Position numbers and translations under genes: made by a program. Positions 18,833 to 28,007 of a stretch of DNA of 64,000 nt are shown here, piece by piece (positions within the stretch are counted from its first letter, which is position 1; every line of letters begins with the position of its first letter). The stretch spans positions 2,694 to 66,693 of the forward strand of contig CAJQPF010000034.1 of the NCBI GenBank assembly GCA_905480095.1, in the 5' to 3' direction. The stretch comes from an uncultured Flavobacteriales bacterium. Lineage in GTDB: Bacteria > Bacteroidota > Bacteroidia > Flavobacteriales_D > Sanyastnellaceae. Below the pieces are notes generated by a model that had not been told where the DNA came from, made no database searches, and saw nothing but the letters and a program-made list of their open reading frames with translations.

Positions 18833-20021
18833 AAACACACGTTTGGCTGATCTTTTTAAATCCGCTGCTGAAAACCTAGCCCCTCAACTATCTATTTGGA
18901 GAAGGCATCTTCATTCTCATCCAGAACTTTCATATGAGGAGTATGAAACGATGAAATATGTCTCTGGAGAATTAGATAAAATGGGGGTCACCCACACTTC
19001 GGGTGTCGCGGATACTGGAATCGTTGCTACAATTGAAAGCAATGATCCCACATCTCGGTTAATGGCGTTGCGTGCAGATTTAGACGCTCTACCTATTCAA
19101 GAACTTAACGATGTTCCTTATGCTTCTTGCAACCCCGGAGTGATGCATGCATGCGGACACGACGTTCATACGACCTCACTTCTAGGTGCGGCTCACATAC
19201 TCTCCACAACCAAAGATCAATGGAAGGGAACTGTGCGATTGATCTTCCAACCTGGAGAAGAACAACTTCCCGGCGGAGCATCTCTTATGGTGGCAGAAGG
19301 CGTCCTTAAAAACCCTGCACCATCTCACATCCTTGGGTCTCATGTATTCCCTGAACTCCCTGCAGGGCATGTAGGAATGCGTCCAGGCACGTATATGGCA
19401 TCCGCAGATGAAATTCACCTTACCATTGTAGGGAAAGGGGGCCATGCGGCACTCCCAGAGAATCAGTCAAATCCACTCATTGTGGCATCAGAAATAATTT
19501 TAGCACTGGAAAAGTTAATAAATGAACGGCCAGACCCCAGCATCAAGACAGTGCTTGCATTTGGGTTTATTGAAGGATTGGGTGCGACAAATGTCATCCC
19601 AAATGAAGTACGTCTTAAAGGAACCTTTAGATCACTTAACGAAACTTGGAGATACGACGTTCACAAGAAAATGAAATCCATTGTTGAAGAGATATGCCAG
19701 AAAAGAGGTGCTTCAGCTGACCTAAAAATACCTGTTGGATACCCGAGTGTTTATAATGATCCAGATTTAACCGCAAGGATGAAATCAAGTGCCATTGCAT
19801 TCTTGGGGGAGGAAAAAGTGCACGATCTTCCTGTGCGAATGACCGCAGAGGATTTTAGCTTTTACGCGAGAGAAATTCCTGGTTGTTTCTATAGAATTGG
19901 AACGTCTAGCCCCACTTCTGATCTGGGACATCGTGGACTACACACCCCTCATTTCGATGTCGATGAAGACGCTTTAAAACTTGGCGCTGGACTTATGGCT
20001 TATGCCGCAGCAACGACTTAA
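18822..20021 (+). CDS. M20D-family amidohydrolase (N-acyl-amino-acid amidohydrolase/hippuricase-like)
   Basis: RRHLHSHPELSYEE, MHACGHDVH and FQPGEE motifs. The ATG at 18822 is preferred over the track start at 18804. Confidence 0.85.
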   Translation: MELKNTRLADLFKSAAENLAPQLSIWRRHLHSHPELSYEEYETMKYVSGELDKMGVTHTSGVADTGIVATIESNDPTSRLMALRADLDALPIQELNDVPYASCNPGVMHACGHDVHTTSLLGAAHILSTTKDQWKGTVRLIFQPGEEQLPGGASLMVAEGVLKNPAPSHILGSHVFPELPAGHVGMRPGTYMASADEIHLTIVGKGGHAALPENQSNPLIVASEIILALEKLINERPDPSIKTVLAFGFIEGLGATNVIPNEVRLKGTFRSLNETWRYDVHKKMKSIVEEICQKRGASADLKIPVGYPSVYNDPDLTARMKSSAIAFLGEEKVHDLPVRMTAEDFSFYAREIPGCFYRIGTSSPTSDLGHRGLHTPHFDVDEDALKLGAGLMAYAAATT

Positions 20022-20027
20022 GTAAGA

Positions 20028-22226
20028 TTAATTCGCGACGTCACTTAGAAACTTGACCCGCATCAATCTAAGCTCATCCTCAGAGTAGGTTCCCTCGAAT
20101 TCAACCAATGCTGAGTCAATCCCTTCGTCTTCTGTTTCACTATAAAACTCAAACAGTTCCTCCACGCAATCTTCATCCATAGACTCTTGGATAAGATGGT
20201 CGATATTAACTTTGGTTCCAGCAGCAACGATTTGTTCTATTTCGCCAAACACTTCTTGTCGCGTCAAATTCGTGCGAGCTGCCATATCATCAAGATTCAT
20301 CTTTCTGTCAATTTGTTGAATAATTGACACCTTGTTGGACGATTTCTTGGACGAAGTCCTCACCAATAAATCTTCTGCTCGCTGTATGTCATTCTCCATG
20401 ACATATTTAGAAATGAGTTCTAAAAACCGAAGACCAAACTTTGTGGCCTTACCTGCACCCACTCCGGTAATCCGTAACAATTCATCTTCCTTGATTGGAT
20501 AGTGAATTGCCATTTCGTCAAGTGACACATCTTGAAAAATAACGTAAGGAGGTAAACTTTTTTCATCAGCGATGTCCTTCCTCAAGGTGACGAGCATCTT
20601 TCTAAGTGTTGCATCTGCAACGCCTCCCTGTCCTCTTCGGGTTTGCACCATTGTGTCTCCTGTATCCACATCTCTGTAATCTCTTTCTTCTGAGAGCATC
20701 ACTGGTTTCGGATTCATAAGAAAATCCTGACCTTTATCCGTAATCTTTAAAATTCCGTATTTCTCAATTTCTTTCTTCAAAAATCCAAGAACAATCGCCT
20801 GACGTATGATGCCGTTCCAATATCTGTCAGACTTCTCTTTTCCTCGTTCCCAAAATGAGCTTTTATCACCTTCGTAATCATCTACCTCTCTGTTGTGCTC
20901 ACCGATTAGAATCGCTGAAATAAACTGCATTTTATGCGCCTCTTTATGCTCCAGCGTAGCACTAATAACCATATGAATTTCTTCCTGACCATCGTATTGA
21001 GGCTTTGGATATCTCATATTGTCGCAATTTTTTGCGCCGGGTCCATTTACTTCATCAAATTCTTCACCGAAATAGTGGAGTAAGAATTTTCGGCGAGACA
21101 CAGACGTTTCAGCATATGCCATGACTTCTTGTAAAAGTTGAGAGCCAATCTCCTGTTCAGCAATAGGTTTGCCTTGTAAAAACTTTTCAAGCTTTTCGAT
21201 ATCCTTGTGGCTATAGAAAGCGATACAGTGCCCTTCACCTCCGTCACGACCCGCTCGACCTGTTTCTTGATAATAGCTTTCTAAACTTTTAGGGATATCA
21301 TAGTGTATGACGGATCTAACGTCTGGTTTATCTATACCCATTCCGAACGCGATCGTCGCAACAATAATATCCACATCTTGCATAAGGAACTGATCCTGTA
21401 TTCGGCTTCTCGTTTTAGAATCCTTTCCAGCGTGATAAGGCAGCGCCTTAATGCCATTGACGGATAGCGTTTCAGCAATTTGTTCAACTTTCTTTCTGCT
21501 CAAACAGTAAACGATACCGCTTTTTCCTTTGTTGTTAAGGCTGTATTGAACAATCTGCTTGAGTGCATCTTTTTTTGGTCGAACTTCATAATAAAGGTTG
21601 TCCCTGTTAAAGGATGACTTGATTAAAGTTGCATTGACCATTTGAAGGTTCTTCTGAATATCTTGTTGAACCTTGGGTGTCGCAGTTGCTGTGAGCGCAA
21701 TGATAGGCACATCTGCAATTTGTTTGATAATGGGGCGGATACGTCTGTACTCAGGACGAAAGTCGTGCGCCCATTCAGAAATACAGTGCGCCTCATCTAC
21801 AGCAACGAAACTGATTTTTACAGATTTCAAAAACTCAATGTTGCTTTCTTTGGTGAGGGTTTCTGGGGCTACATAAAGCAACTTTGTTTTTCCTGAAACT
21901 ACGTCTGCCCTCACTTGCTCTGCTTCAGACTTGTTTAAAGATGAATTTAGAAAATGAGTAATGGCGGGGTCGGCGTGATTGCCTCGCATGGCATCCACTT
22001 GATTTTTCATCAACGCGATTAGTGGTGACACGACAATCGCGACACCCTCTAGCATTAAGGCAGGTAGCTGGTAACACATGGACTTTCCTCCACCTGTAGG
22101 CATAATCACAAAGGTGTCTTTTCCATTGAGTACACTCTGGATTGCAGTTTCTTGCTCACCCTTGAATTCATTAAATCCAAAATATGTTTGTAAAGCGCTT
22201 AGTGGCGATTCATCAATCAGGCTCAT
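20028..22226 (-). CDS. recQ: ATP-dependent DNA helicase RecQ
   Basis: Walker A (MPTGGGKS), DEAH box (VDEAHCISEWAHDFRPEY), RecQ zinc/RQC region and a C-terminal HRDC-like domain. Confidence 0.95.
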   Translation of the reverse strand: MSLIDESPLSALQTYFGFNEFKGEQETAIQSVLNGKDTFVIMPTGGGKSMCYQLPALMLEGVAIVVSPLIALMKNQVDAMRGNHADPAITHFLNSSLNKSEAEQVRADVVSGKTKLLYVAPETLTKESNIEFLKSVKISFVAVDEAHCISEWAHDFRPEYRRIRPIIKQIADVPIIALTATATPKVQQDIQKNLQMVNATLIKSSFNRDNLYYEVRPKKDALKQIVQYSLNNKGKSGIVYCLSRKKVEQIAETLSVNGIKALPYHAGKDSKTRSRIQDQFLMQDVDIIVATIAFGMGIDKPDVRSVIHYDIPKSLESYYQETGRAGRDGGEGHCIAFYSHKDIEKLEKFLQGKPIAEQEIGSQLLQEVMAYAETSVSRRKFLLHYFGEEFDEVNGPGAKNCDNMRYPKPQYDGQEEIHMVISATLEHKEAHKMQFISAILIGEHNREVDDYEGDKSSFWERGKEKSDRYWNGIIRQAIVLGFLKKEIEKYGILKITDKGQDFLMNPKPVMLSEERDYRDVDTGDTMVQTRRGQGGVADATLRKMLVTLRKDIADEKSLPPYVIFQDVSLDEMAIHYPIKEDELLRITGVGAGKATKFGLRFLELISKYVMENDIQRAEDLLVRTSSKKSSNKVSIIQQIDRKMNLDDMAARTNLTRQEVFGEIEQIVAAGTKVNIDHLIQESMDEDCVEELFEFYSETEDEGIDSALVEFEGTYSEDELRLMRVKFLSDVAN

Positions 22227-22233
22227 CGATGTT

Positions 22234-22241
22234 TAAATTTG
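22234..22241 (+). promoter_or_regulatory. Candidate Bacteroidota -7 promoter box (TAAATTTG) for kdsD
   Basis: Matches the TAnnTTTG consensus in the 66-nt recQ/kdsD divergent spacer. It overlaps the TTG used as the ORF-track start. No clear -33 TTG was checked. Confidence 0.3.
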
Positions 22242-22292
22242 CTCATTATAAAGATAAGCAGTTTTACCTATTTTGCAACCATAAATTTATAT

Positions 22293-23303
22293 ATGGGCCA
22301 TAAAAATTTAAATCTACCCACTTCATCTGAGTCAATTCTACAACGAGGCACCCTAACACTTCGTCTTGAAGCTGAAGCCATCAATCGATTTGCAGACCAA
22401 CTAGGCACTCCTTTTGTTGATGCAATCAATCTCATTCTGAAGACATCTGGAAGGGTCGTTTTAACAGGTGTAGGCAAAAGTGCGGATGTGGGAAGGAAAA
22501 TTGTGGCTACGCTTAATTCGACGGGTTCACCTGCCCTCTTTGTCCATGCAGGAGATGCAGTACATGGTGACTTAGGGGGGATTCAGGAGGGAGATGTCGT
22601 CATATGTCTCTCTAAAAGTGGAAGAAGTGCCGAGATGATTGCTTTGGCGCCTTTGTTAAAACAACACGGCCATACAATTGTAGGCGTCACAGGAGCTGCT
22701 GATTCTCCACTTGCGCAACAATCCGACATCGTCTTACTTGCTGGGGTTGATGCCGAAGCTTGTCCATATAACCTTGCCCCTACTACAAGCACAGCTGTAC
22801 AGATGGCCTTGGGTGATGCGTTGGCGATGTGCCTTATGGAAGCCAAGGGGTTTGGGGCGGCCGATTTTGCGAGATTTCATCCTGGAGGTGCACTCGGAAG
22901 ACGTCTTACAGTAAGGCTTAACGATCTTATTGACCCCCAAAGAAGACCATCAGTCAGATTTGATTCTCAAATACAAGATGTCCTTCTGTCCATGACAGCC
23001 GGCAGATATGGAGCGACGGCGATTGTGGGTTCGGAATCAAACATTGTTGGAATCATCACCGATGGTGACTTAAGAAGAGCACTCGAAGTAGGCAATGCAA
23101 TCAATTCAAAAGCTGAGGAGATCATGACGCCGAAACCATTTGCGATGTTTGGAACAGAACTCGCTGCACATGCTGCAAAAATGATAGAGGAACAAGGCAT
23201 ATCACAGGTCATCGTTACAAATGAAAATGGAGGGTACACAGGAATGGTTCATTTGCACGATCTTATAAGAGAAGGCATCATCACACAGGTAACCACGAAA
23301 TGA
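22293..23303 (+). CDS. kdsD: Arabinose-5-phosphate isomerase (KpsF/GutQ/KdsD family; SIS plus CBS pair)
   Basis: SIS motif GVGKSADVGRKIVATLNSTGSPALFVHAGDAVHGDLG and a C-terminal tandem CBS region. ATG at 22293 (MGHKNL) is preferred over the track TTG at 22239. Confidence 0.9.
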   Translation: MGHKNLNLPTSSESILQRGTLTLRLEAEAINRFADQLGTPFVDAINLILKTSGRVVLTGVGKSADVGRKIVATLNSTGSPALFVHAGDAVHGDLGGIQEGDVVICLSKSGRSAEMIALAPLLKQHGHTIVGVTGAADSPLAQQSDIVLLAGVDAEACPYNLAPTTSTAVQMALGDALAMCLMEAKGFGAADFARFHPGGALGRRLTVRLNDLIDPQRRPSVRFDSQIQDVLLSMTAGRYGATAIVGSESNIVGIITDGDLRRALEVGNAINSKAEEIMTPKPFAMFGTELAAHAAKMIEEQGISQVIVTNENGGYTGMVHLHDLIREGIITQVTTK

Positions 23304-24151
23304 GCCCTCTCGATCAAGAACTACCCAACGAGAAAGAAATGGGCTTTCTCGATCATCTCGAAGAAGTCAGAAAAAGATTGTTCTTTTCTGCAATGGCGAT
23401 TGTTGCAGGATCTACATTTTTATTCATTCAAAAAGACTGGTTGTTCAATACTGTTCTTTTTGGGCCGAGAAATGAGGATTTCTTCAGCTTTAGGGCTTGG
23501 TGTAAACTTTCTGAACTTATCGGAGCAGGTGACAAACTATGCGTAACAGACATCTCTTACGAACTTATAAATACAACCATGATGGGCAACTTCACAGCCC
23601 ACATGATCGTCTCACTCATCGGAGGAGCAATCCTTGCGTTCCCCTTTTTAACGATACAATTGTGGGCCTTTGTCAAGCCCGCACTTAAAGCGCCAGAAAA
23701 AAAGGCTGCAAGAGGTGCTGCAGCAGCATCGTCTACGTTGTTTTTCATGGGTGTGGCATTTGGCTATTGGGGAATCGTTCCGCTTTCACTTCAATTTCTA
23801 GGTCATTATGAACTCGGAGACGCAATAGCGGGAACAGACGTTGCCCACAGAATTGGCGTGATGTCCTATGTGAAGACGGTCGCGACCATCTCGTTTTCTT
23901 CAGGTCTAATTTTCCAATTGCCCGTATTGATCTTCTTTCTCGCCCGAGCAGGAATTGTGACACCGAAAGGTCTTAAAAAGTACCGCAGACATGCACTTGT
24001 GGGTATTCTTGTCTTATCAGCTATTATCACTCCACCAGATGTTACGAGTCAAGTCATGGTCTCTATGCCGGTCCTTGCGCTCTACGAATTAGGCATCGTT
24101 ATTGCCAGAAGAGAAGAGAAAAGAAGAAAAAAGAAACACACTCAGATTTGA
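23300..24151 (+). CDS. tatC: Twin-arginine translocase subunit TatC
   Basis: FLDHLEEVRKRL N-terminal signature and six TM helices. ATGA overlap with kdsD. Confidence 0.9.
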   Translation: MSPLDQELPNEKEMGFLDHLEEVRKRLFFSAMAIVAGSTFLFIQKDWLFNTVLFGPRNEDFFSFRAWCKLSELIGAGDKLCVTDISYELINTTMMGNFTAHMIVSLIGGAILAFPFLTIQLWAFVKPALKAPEKKAARGAAAASSTLFFMGVAFGYWGIVPLSLQFLGHYELGDAIAGTDVAHRIGVMSYVKTVATISFSSGLIFQLPVLIFFLARAGIVTPKGLKKYRRHALVGILVLSAIITPPDVTSQVMVSMPVLALYELGIVIARREEKRRKKKHTQI

Positions 24152-26592
24152 AATATCTTTTCCTGAGTCTCACTCTTGTTCTATCTCAATTGGGTATTTG
24201 GAGTCAAACCACCGTTGTGTCAGGTCGCGTTTTTGATGGGGAAACTGGACAAGCGCTGCCTTATGTAAATGTGAGCTTTGCAGGCACGTCTATCGGCACG
24301 ATGACGAATACGAAGGGTTATTATGAGCTCGCAAGTGAAGACAAAGTAAATCGAATCGTGGTCTCTTTCATGGGGTATGCCTCTCAGAGTATTTCTATTC
24401 AAAAACAAGTCAAACAAAAAATCGATATCGCCCTTGAACCCAGGAGCATTGCACTTGCTGCCGCAGAGGTAAGGCCTGACAAAAAGAAGCAAAATCCCGC
24501 AAAACCGCTTATGCAAAGAGTCGCAGATGCAAAGCCAGACAACGACCCCGCAAACATTTCTGCAGTAAGTTATAACTACCACGAAAGACTACAAATTGAC
24601 CTTAATGACATTCCTGAAAAGTTGCCTGCGAGAAAATTCTGGGGCGTTTTCGGGTGGGTATGGGACAATCTAGATTCCAGCGATGTCAGAATAGCGCTTC
24701 CAACATTTTTATCAGAATCAATCGGGACAAAAAGATCTCAAAAAAAGCCGCGGAGAGCAGAACAAAACGTCGAAGCCGCAAGGGCAACTTGGCTTTCCGA
24801 CGGAGAGAGTACGACAAGTGTAAGTGCTGAATTTATCAATATTAACCTCTACGAGAACCAGCTTCTACTTCTTGACAAAGCCTTCACGAGTCCCTTACAC
24901 GACAGGGGGACTCTTCACTACAGGTACTACATTCTTGACACGTTAGAGATGCATGGAAGACCTTCATTTCACATGGCATTTGTCCCAAGAAGAAGAGGGG
25001 AACTGACTTTTGAGGGTGAACTGTGGATTGATACTTTATCTCTTGCATTGAGCAAGGTAGAGGCCAAAATCAGTGAGGGTGCGAATCTTAATTTCGTTCG
25101 GGCGTTAAGATGGAGGCAAGAGTACACGCACATTGATGGAAATTGGATCATCATCAAGCAAGAAGATATTATTGACCTCTCGATGACCGGTTCGAGTATG
25201 GGAATGTATGTCAGGGGGACGAGAATTAATACAGATTTCGAATTTTCAGAGCAGTGGCCTGACTCAGTTTGGTCTTCAAGAAGGGATTTAAGTTTTGACA
25301 AAGGGAGCAATGACATGCTGGAAAAGGAATGGGTCTTGAAAAGACCAGAACCATTGTTGGAAAAAGAATCCAACATTTACTGGATGGCCGATTCTATTCA
25401 ATCTATGACACAGTATAAATTGATCAAGGGGCTTTTATACGGCCTAGGGTCTGGAAATGTGAAGCTGGGGAAGATCGAACTTGGTCCATGGTATTATGCA
25501 TACTCCAACAACCCCATTGAAGGCAATAGATTTAGGCTGGGAGTAGAAACCAGCAATGATTTCAGTAGAACATTTCTACCTAAGGCTTTCTTGGCTTATG
25601 GATCGAAGGATCAAATCTTTAAGTACGGGGGAGAACTTACTTGGCTGCAACGTAAAATACCGCGTATCGAATGGTATGCATCACATTCAAAAGATCTGGA
25701 ACAATTTGGTATGTTAGGCTTTTTTAATCAAGGCAATGTATTTAACTCCGCACTTTCAGTGGAGGGTGGCGCAGTGAATTTAACGGAAGTGGTGAAAACT
25801 GAGGCAAGTTTTCTCGCTGAGTTTGGAGCGGGTTGGTCAACGTTTGTTGAACTCCGACACCGAGACATTACAGCAAGAGGTGAACTTGAATTCCCTTTGC
25901 CCGAAAATCCAGCAGGAAATAAAGTGTTAATTACTGCCGAAAGTACTTTTCAGTTGAGATATGCCCATTCTGAGAAATTTGTCAGTGGTGCATTCAACCG
26001 TGTTTCTCTGGGGTCACGATTTCCTATCATCACCGCTTCGACGACTCAAGCATGGAAAAATATTGCTGGAAGCCAGTATAGATATGGAAGGTACACCTTG
26101 GAACTGGAGGGAAAACTCAGGTTTGGTCCACTGGGAAGAGTGAGATGGAATACAAATACCGGCATTTACTCAGGAACAGCACCATTTGCGCTTATGGAAC
26201 TTCAACCTGCGAACGAGACTGCACTTTCGATACAACCATCATTCAATTTATTGCGCTATTTCGAGTACGTCACTGACAAATGGGTGCGCGCAAGTATCGA
26301 GTGGCATGGAGAAGGCGCTATTTTAAATCACATCCCTCTTATCCGAAGGGCCAAATTTAGAGAAGTCATCGGAATTAAAGGGGTCTTGGGCGCTTGGGAC
26401 ACAAAACACGAAGCACTCGTATCTCTCCCTGATGGCACAACGGGTCTGAATGGCATCTATGCAGAAGGTGTTATCGGTATCGAAAATATTTTTCAATTAT
26501 TCCGTATCGATTACCACAGACGACTTACGGGATCTGCAGAAGGGATGAGAGATAATTGGGGAATCCGATTGGGGTTTTCTGTTGAACTTTAA
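24148..26592 (+). CDS. CarboxypepD_reg-like plus DUF5686-type outer-membrane-associated protein
   Basis: Signal peptide. N-terminal SGRVFDGETGQALPYVNVSF..GT.TN..G.Y (carboxypeptidase-regulatory-like fold) followed by a long beta-rich region. TTG start overlaps the tatC stop. Confidence 0.7.
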   Translation: MKYLFLSLTLVLSQLGIWSQTTVVSGRVFDGETGQALPYVNVSFAGTSIGTMTNTKGYYELASEDKVNRIVVSFMGYASQSISIQKQVKQKIDIALEPRSIALAAAEVRPDKKKQNPAKPLMQRVADAKPDNDPANISAVSYNYHERLQIDLNDIPEKLPARKFWGVFGWVWDNLDSSDVRIALPTFLSESIGTKRSQKKPRRAEQNVEAARATWLSDGESTTSVSAEFININLYENQLLLLDKAFTSPLHDRGTLHYRYYILDTLEMHGRPSFHMAFVPRRRGELTFEGELWIDTLSLALSKVEAKISEGANLNFVRALRWRQEYTHIDGNWIIIKQEDIIDLSMTGSSMGMYVRGTRINTDFEFSEQWPDSVWSSRRDLSFDKGSNDMLEKEWVLKRPEPLLEKESNIYWMADSIQSMTQYKLIKGLLYGLGSGNVKLGKIELGPWYYAYSNNPIEGNRFRLGVETSNDFSRTFLPKAFLAYGSKDQIFKYGGELTWLQRKIPRIEWYASHSKDLEQFGMLGFFNQGNVFNSALSVEGGAVNLTEVVKTEASFLAEFGAGWSTFVELRHRDITARGELEFPLPENPAGNKVLITAESTFQLRYAHSEKFVSGAFNRVSLGSRFPIITASTTQAWKNIAGSQYRYGRYTLELEGKLRFGPLGRVRWNTNTGIYSGTAPFALMELQPANETALSIQPSFNLLRYFEYVTDKWVRASIEWHGEGAILNHIPLIRRAKFREVIGIKGVLGAWDTKHEALVSLPDGTTGLNGIYAEGVIGIENIFQLFRIDYHRRLTGSAEGMRDNWGIRLGFSVEL

Positions 26593-26632
26593 TATGCGTT
26601 ATCTGAAATAATAATCGTTGTAATTTTACACC

Positions 26633-27388
26633 ATGGGATTAACGAATGATCTAAACGACGCTTTACATTCTGAAGGACTTGTCAAAAGCTACGGAGGACG
26701 AAAGGTTGTGAATGATGTCAGTTTTTACATTAAACCTGGAGAGGTCGTAGGGTTACTGGGGCCAAATGGTGCAGGCAAAACCACAAGCTTCTATGCAATC
26801 GTTGGTTTGGTTCGGCCAGATGAAGGGCGAGTCTTCATAGGGAAAGAAGAAATCACAAGGACGCCGATGCACGAAAGAGCAAAGAAGGGCATTGGATATC
26901 TCCCCCAAGAAGCGTCGGTTTTCAGAGCGTTATCAGTCGAGGATAACTTAAAAGCCATATTAGAATTACAAGCCCTTTCTCAAGAAGAGCAAGCCGTTAA
27001 ATTAGAAGAAGTGATCGAAGAGTTTGGGCTGAATAAGGTGAGAAAAAGTATGGGAAACGTTTTATCTGGTGGAGAGAGACGAAGAACTGAGATTGCCAGA
27101 GCATTGTGTTGTTCGCCTACATTCATTCTTTTGGATGAGCCATTTGCAGGTGTGGACCCCATCGCGGTTGAGGATATTCAACGAATCGTGATTCAGCTGA
27201 GTAAAAAAGGAATCGGCATCTTAATTACAGATCACAACGTGCAAGAAACACTTCACATCACTGACAGGGCATATTTGCTTTTTGAAGGCCAAATCTTAAA
27301 AGAAGGGACCGCCGCGTCACTTGCATCAGATGCACAGGTGAGACGCCTTTACCTTGGTGAAAATTTCGAATTAAGACCCGGCAGGTAA
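26633..27388 (+). CDS. lptB: LPS export ABC transporter ATP-binding protein
   Basis: Walker [10 protein letters not shown], signature [15 protein letters not shown] and Walker [13 protein letters not shown]. Size of about 250 aa fits. Confidence 0.9.
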   Translation: MGLTNDLNDALHSEGLVKSYGGRKVVNDVSFYIKPGEVVGLLGPNGAGKTTSFYAIVGLVRPDEGRVFIGKEEITRTPMHERAKKGIGYLPQEASVFRALSVEDNLKAILELQALSQEEQAVKLEEVIEEFGLNKVRKSMGNVLSGGERRRTEIARALCCSPTFILLDEPFAGVDPIAVEDIQRIVIQLSKKGIGILITDHNVQETLHITDRAYLLFEGQILKEGTAASLASDAQVRRLYLGENFELRPGR

Positions 27389-27982
27389 TCTCGCAGACAA
27401 GATTTTTGACATGTATTTTCCAAAAATGTCAAACTCTAGATTTACGGTATCACCTGGCACCAATGTATGCATGTTCGTTTCCTCCCATGTATAAGGTATG
27501 AGCGCAACAGAAAAAGAATTTTGTGCGCTTTCAACAACGGTTAAGGAGATCCCGTTAATGGTCACAGATCCTTTGGGAACAGTAATCCAAGCGGGGTTTT
27601 CAAGCGTTGAAGGGTGTTCAAATGTAAGAACGTAAGACCCTTCTCTAGACTCAGAACTCACAAGCACACCTGTCGTATCAATATGACCTTGAACCATGTG
27701 ACCGTCGAGGCGATCACCAAGACGAACACATCGCTCGAGATTGACTTGATCCCAAAGCTTCCAACTGCCGAGTCGGGTCCGAATGAGTGTTTCTTCAATC
27801 GCGGTTACTGTATACCGTTCGGCATTGCACTTGACGACAGTAAGACAGGTTCCGTCATGGGCCAAACTTTGGTCTATTTTAAGTTCAGAAGAAAAGGGAC
27901 AACGAAGTGTGAAGTGGACATTTGAACCCTCTTTCTCAATACCCTCGATGACTCCTAAGGATTCAATAATTCCTGTAAACAT
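27371..27982 (-). CDS. ribE: Riboflavin synthase alpha chain
   Basis: Canonical MFTGIIE start (internal Met of the track ORF) and two lumazine-binding repeats ([11 protein letters not shown] and [12 protein letters not shown]). Confidence 0.9.
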   Translation of the reverse strand: MFTGIIESLGVIEGIEKEGSNVHFTLRCPFSSELKIDQSLAHDGTCLTVVKCNAERYTVTAIEETLIRTRLGSWKLWDQVNLERCVRLGDRLDGHMVQGHIDTTGVLVSSESREGSYVLTFEHPSTLENPAWITVPKGSVTINGISLTVVESAQNSFSVALIPYTWEETNMHTLVPGDTVNLEFDIFGKYMSKILSARLPAGS

Positions 27983-28007
27983 CCTTTCGTGATTTTTCCG
28001 TTTCGTG

